The notes below the pieces were generated by a model. The model did not search any database and was not told the DNA's origin. It saw nothing but the letters and a program-made list of their open reading frames with translations. A program made the position numbers and the translations under genes. This document shows, piece after piece, positions 63,491-64,000 of a stretch of 64,000 nucleotides of DNA; the stretch's first letter is position 1, and each line of letters opens with the position of its first letter. The DNA lies in sequence record PV544171.1. One strand, 5' to 3'. The stretch is from Enterococcus phage AllMyExes.

Positions 63491-63562
63491 TTGACAAAAA
63501 ACAAAAACTTTGGTATTCTATATTTGTAAGATAAATAAAACAAATGAAAGAGAGTGTTAAGA
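63491..63562 (+). promoter_or_regulatory. Early promoter + leader (family member)
   Basis: It reads ttgacaaaaaacaaaaactttggtattctatatttgtaagataaataaaacaaatgaaagagagtgttaagaATG. Confidence 0.5.
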
Positions 63563-63712
63563 ATGGAAACTAACAAAGCATATGAAAGACTATTGAAAGA
63601 AGTAGAACTATTACAAAATGATTTAATGGATATTGAAGACTATTCAGAAGAGGTTTACCAAGCTTTCCAGAAAGTAATTGACGAATTAGAATATGTGATA
63701 GAAGAGGGATAG
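63563..63712 (+). CDS. Small acidic protein (49 aa), below ORF-track cutoff
   Basis: It reads METNKAYERLLKEVELLQNDLMDIEDYSEEVYQAFQKVIDELEYVIEEG. Confidence 0.4.
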   Translation: METNKAYERLLKEVELLQNDLMDIEDYSEEVYQAFQKVIDELEYVIEEG

Positions 63713-63930
63713 ACCGATATTATAGGACTAGACCATTTGACCTCCCCCCGTGGTTTTTTGACCGTACTTTGGGGGTGGGGCTATTTGCCTACCCCGACCC
63801 TCGGGTACCTATTTTTTCTAGGAAAATTATTTTTTATATATTTAGAAAGTCAACACCCTACATATAAAGTCAACATAAGGGCTCACCCTAGGGCTCCTAT
63901 ATAGGCTCACCTAAATACCGCCATATAAAA

Positions 63931-63972
63931 AGACCCCTCCCCGTTGATAAGGATAGGGTCTTTTTTATTTAT
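63931..63972 (+). terminator. Rho-independent terminator
   Basis: The hairpin agacccctccccgttgataaggatagggtct is followed by ttttttatttat. Confidence 0.55.
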
Positions 63973-64000
63973 CCGTCTGCCCTATGATTGGTTATTAGGT

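Overview
This 64 kb window reads as a continuous, almost entirely plus-strand segment of a large virulent Firmicutes myovirus. The GC content is low (about 35-37 %). Gene content and order resemble SPO1-like / Herelleviridae phages. No tRNA, rRNA, CRISPR array or integrase was found.

From left to right:
- 1-2.9 kb: a 5'-truncated large structural gene.
- 3.4-26.6 kb: a DNA replication and recombination module. It holds an SF2 helicase, an HTH initiator-like protein, a DnaB-like helicase, a Mre11/Rad50 (SbcCD) pair, a CHC2-TOPRIM primase, a dUTPase-like protein, a PD-(D/E)xK resolvase-like protein, a DUF3310-like protein, an HU/TF1-like histone-like protein, a family-A DNA polymerase split by an ORF-less group I intron, an SSB-like protein, RecA/UvsX, and an overlapping pair ending in a sigma-70-type factor.
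- 26.6-42.7 kb: an accessory block. It holds bacterial Ig-like (Big_2) paralogs and an SPPY-type DNA methyltransferase cassette bracketed by 44-bp direct repeats. It also holds a second metallophosphoesterase, a nucleotidyltransferase-fold protein with a 545-aa partner, a 760-aa acidic protein, and several membrane proteins.
- 43.2-63.7 kb: a dense array of about 50 very small genes. Almost every gene or short operon is preceded by a member of a highly conserved repeat: a consensus sigma-A promoter (TTGACA-17-TAT(A/T)AT) plus a conserved leader '(t)ataagataaagagaggaagtt' and an ATG. I interpret this as an early host-takeover-type module, like the one SPO1 carries in its terminal redundancy.

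Embedded in that array are several ORF-poor stretches:
- a tandem 'aggatagg(ttt)' array and four dyad-symmetric iterons (52.5-53.3 kb);
- a ~0.9 kb region with a ~240-nt polypurine tract (59.5-60.4 kb);
- a GC-rich repeat-structured stretch (63.7-63.9 kb).

Two further items are notable. One is an early-expressed protein with a C-terminal LPxTG-type sorting signal but no signal peptide. The other is an early-expressed XRE-HTH regulator paired with an HExxH zinc-ribbon metalloprotease.

Many genuine genes in the array are shorter than the 60-aa ORF-track cutoff. I found them through their conserved leaders. All functional calls rest on motifs read by eye and are hypotheses; no database search was possible.
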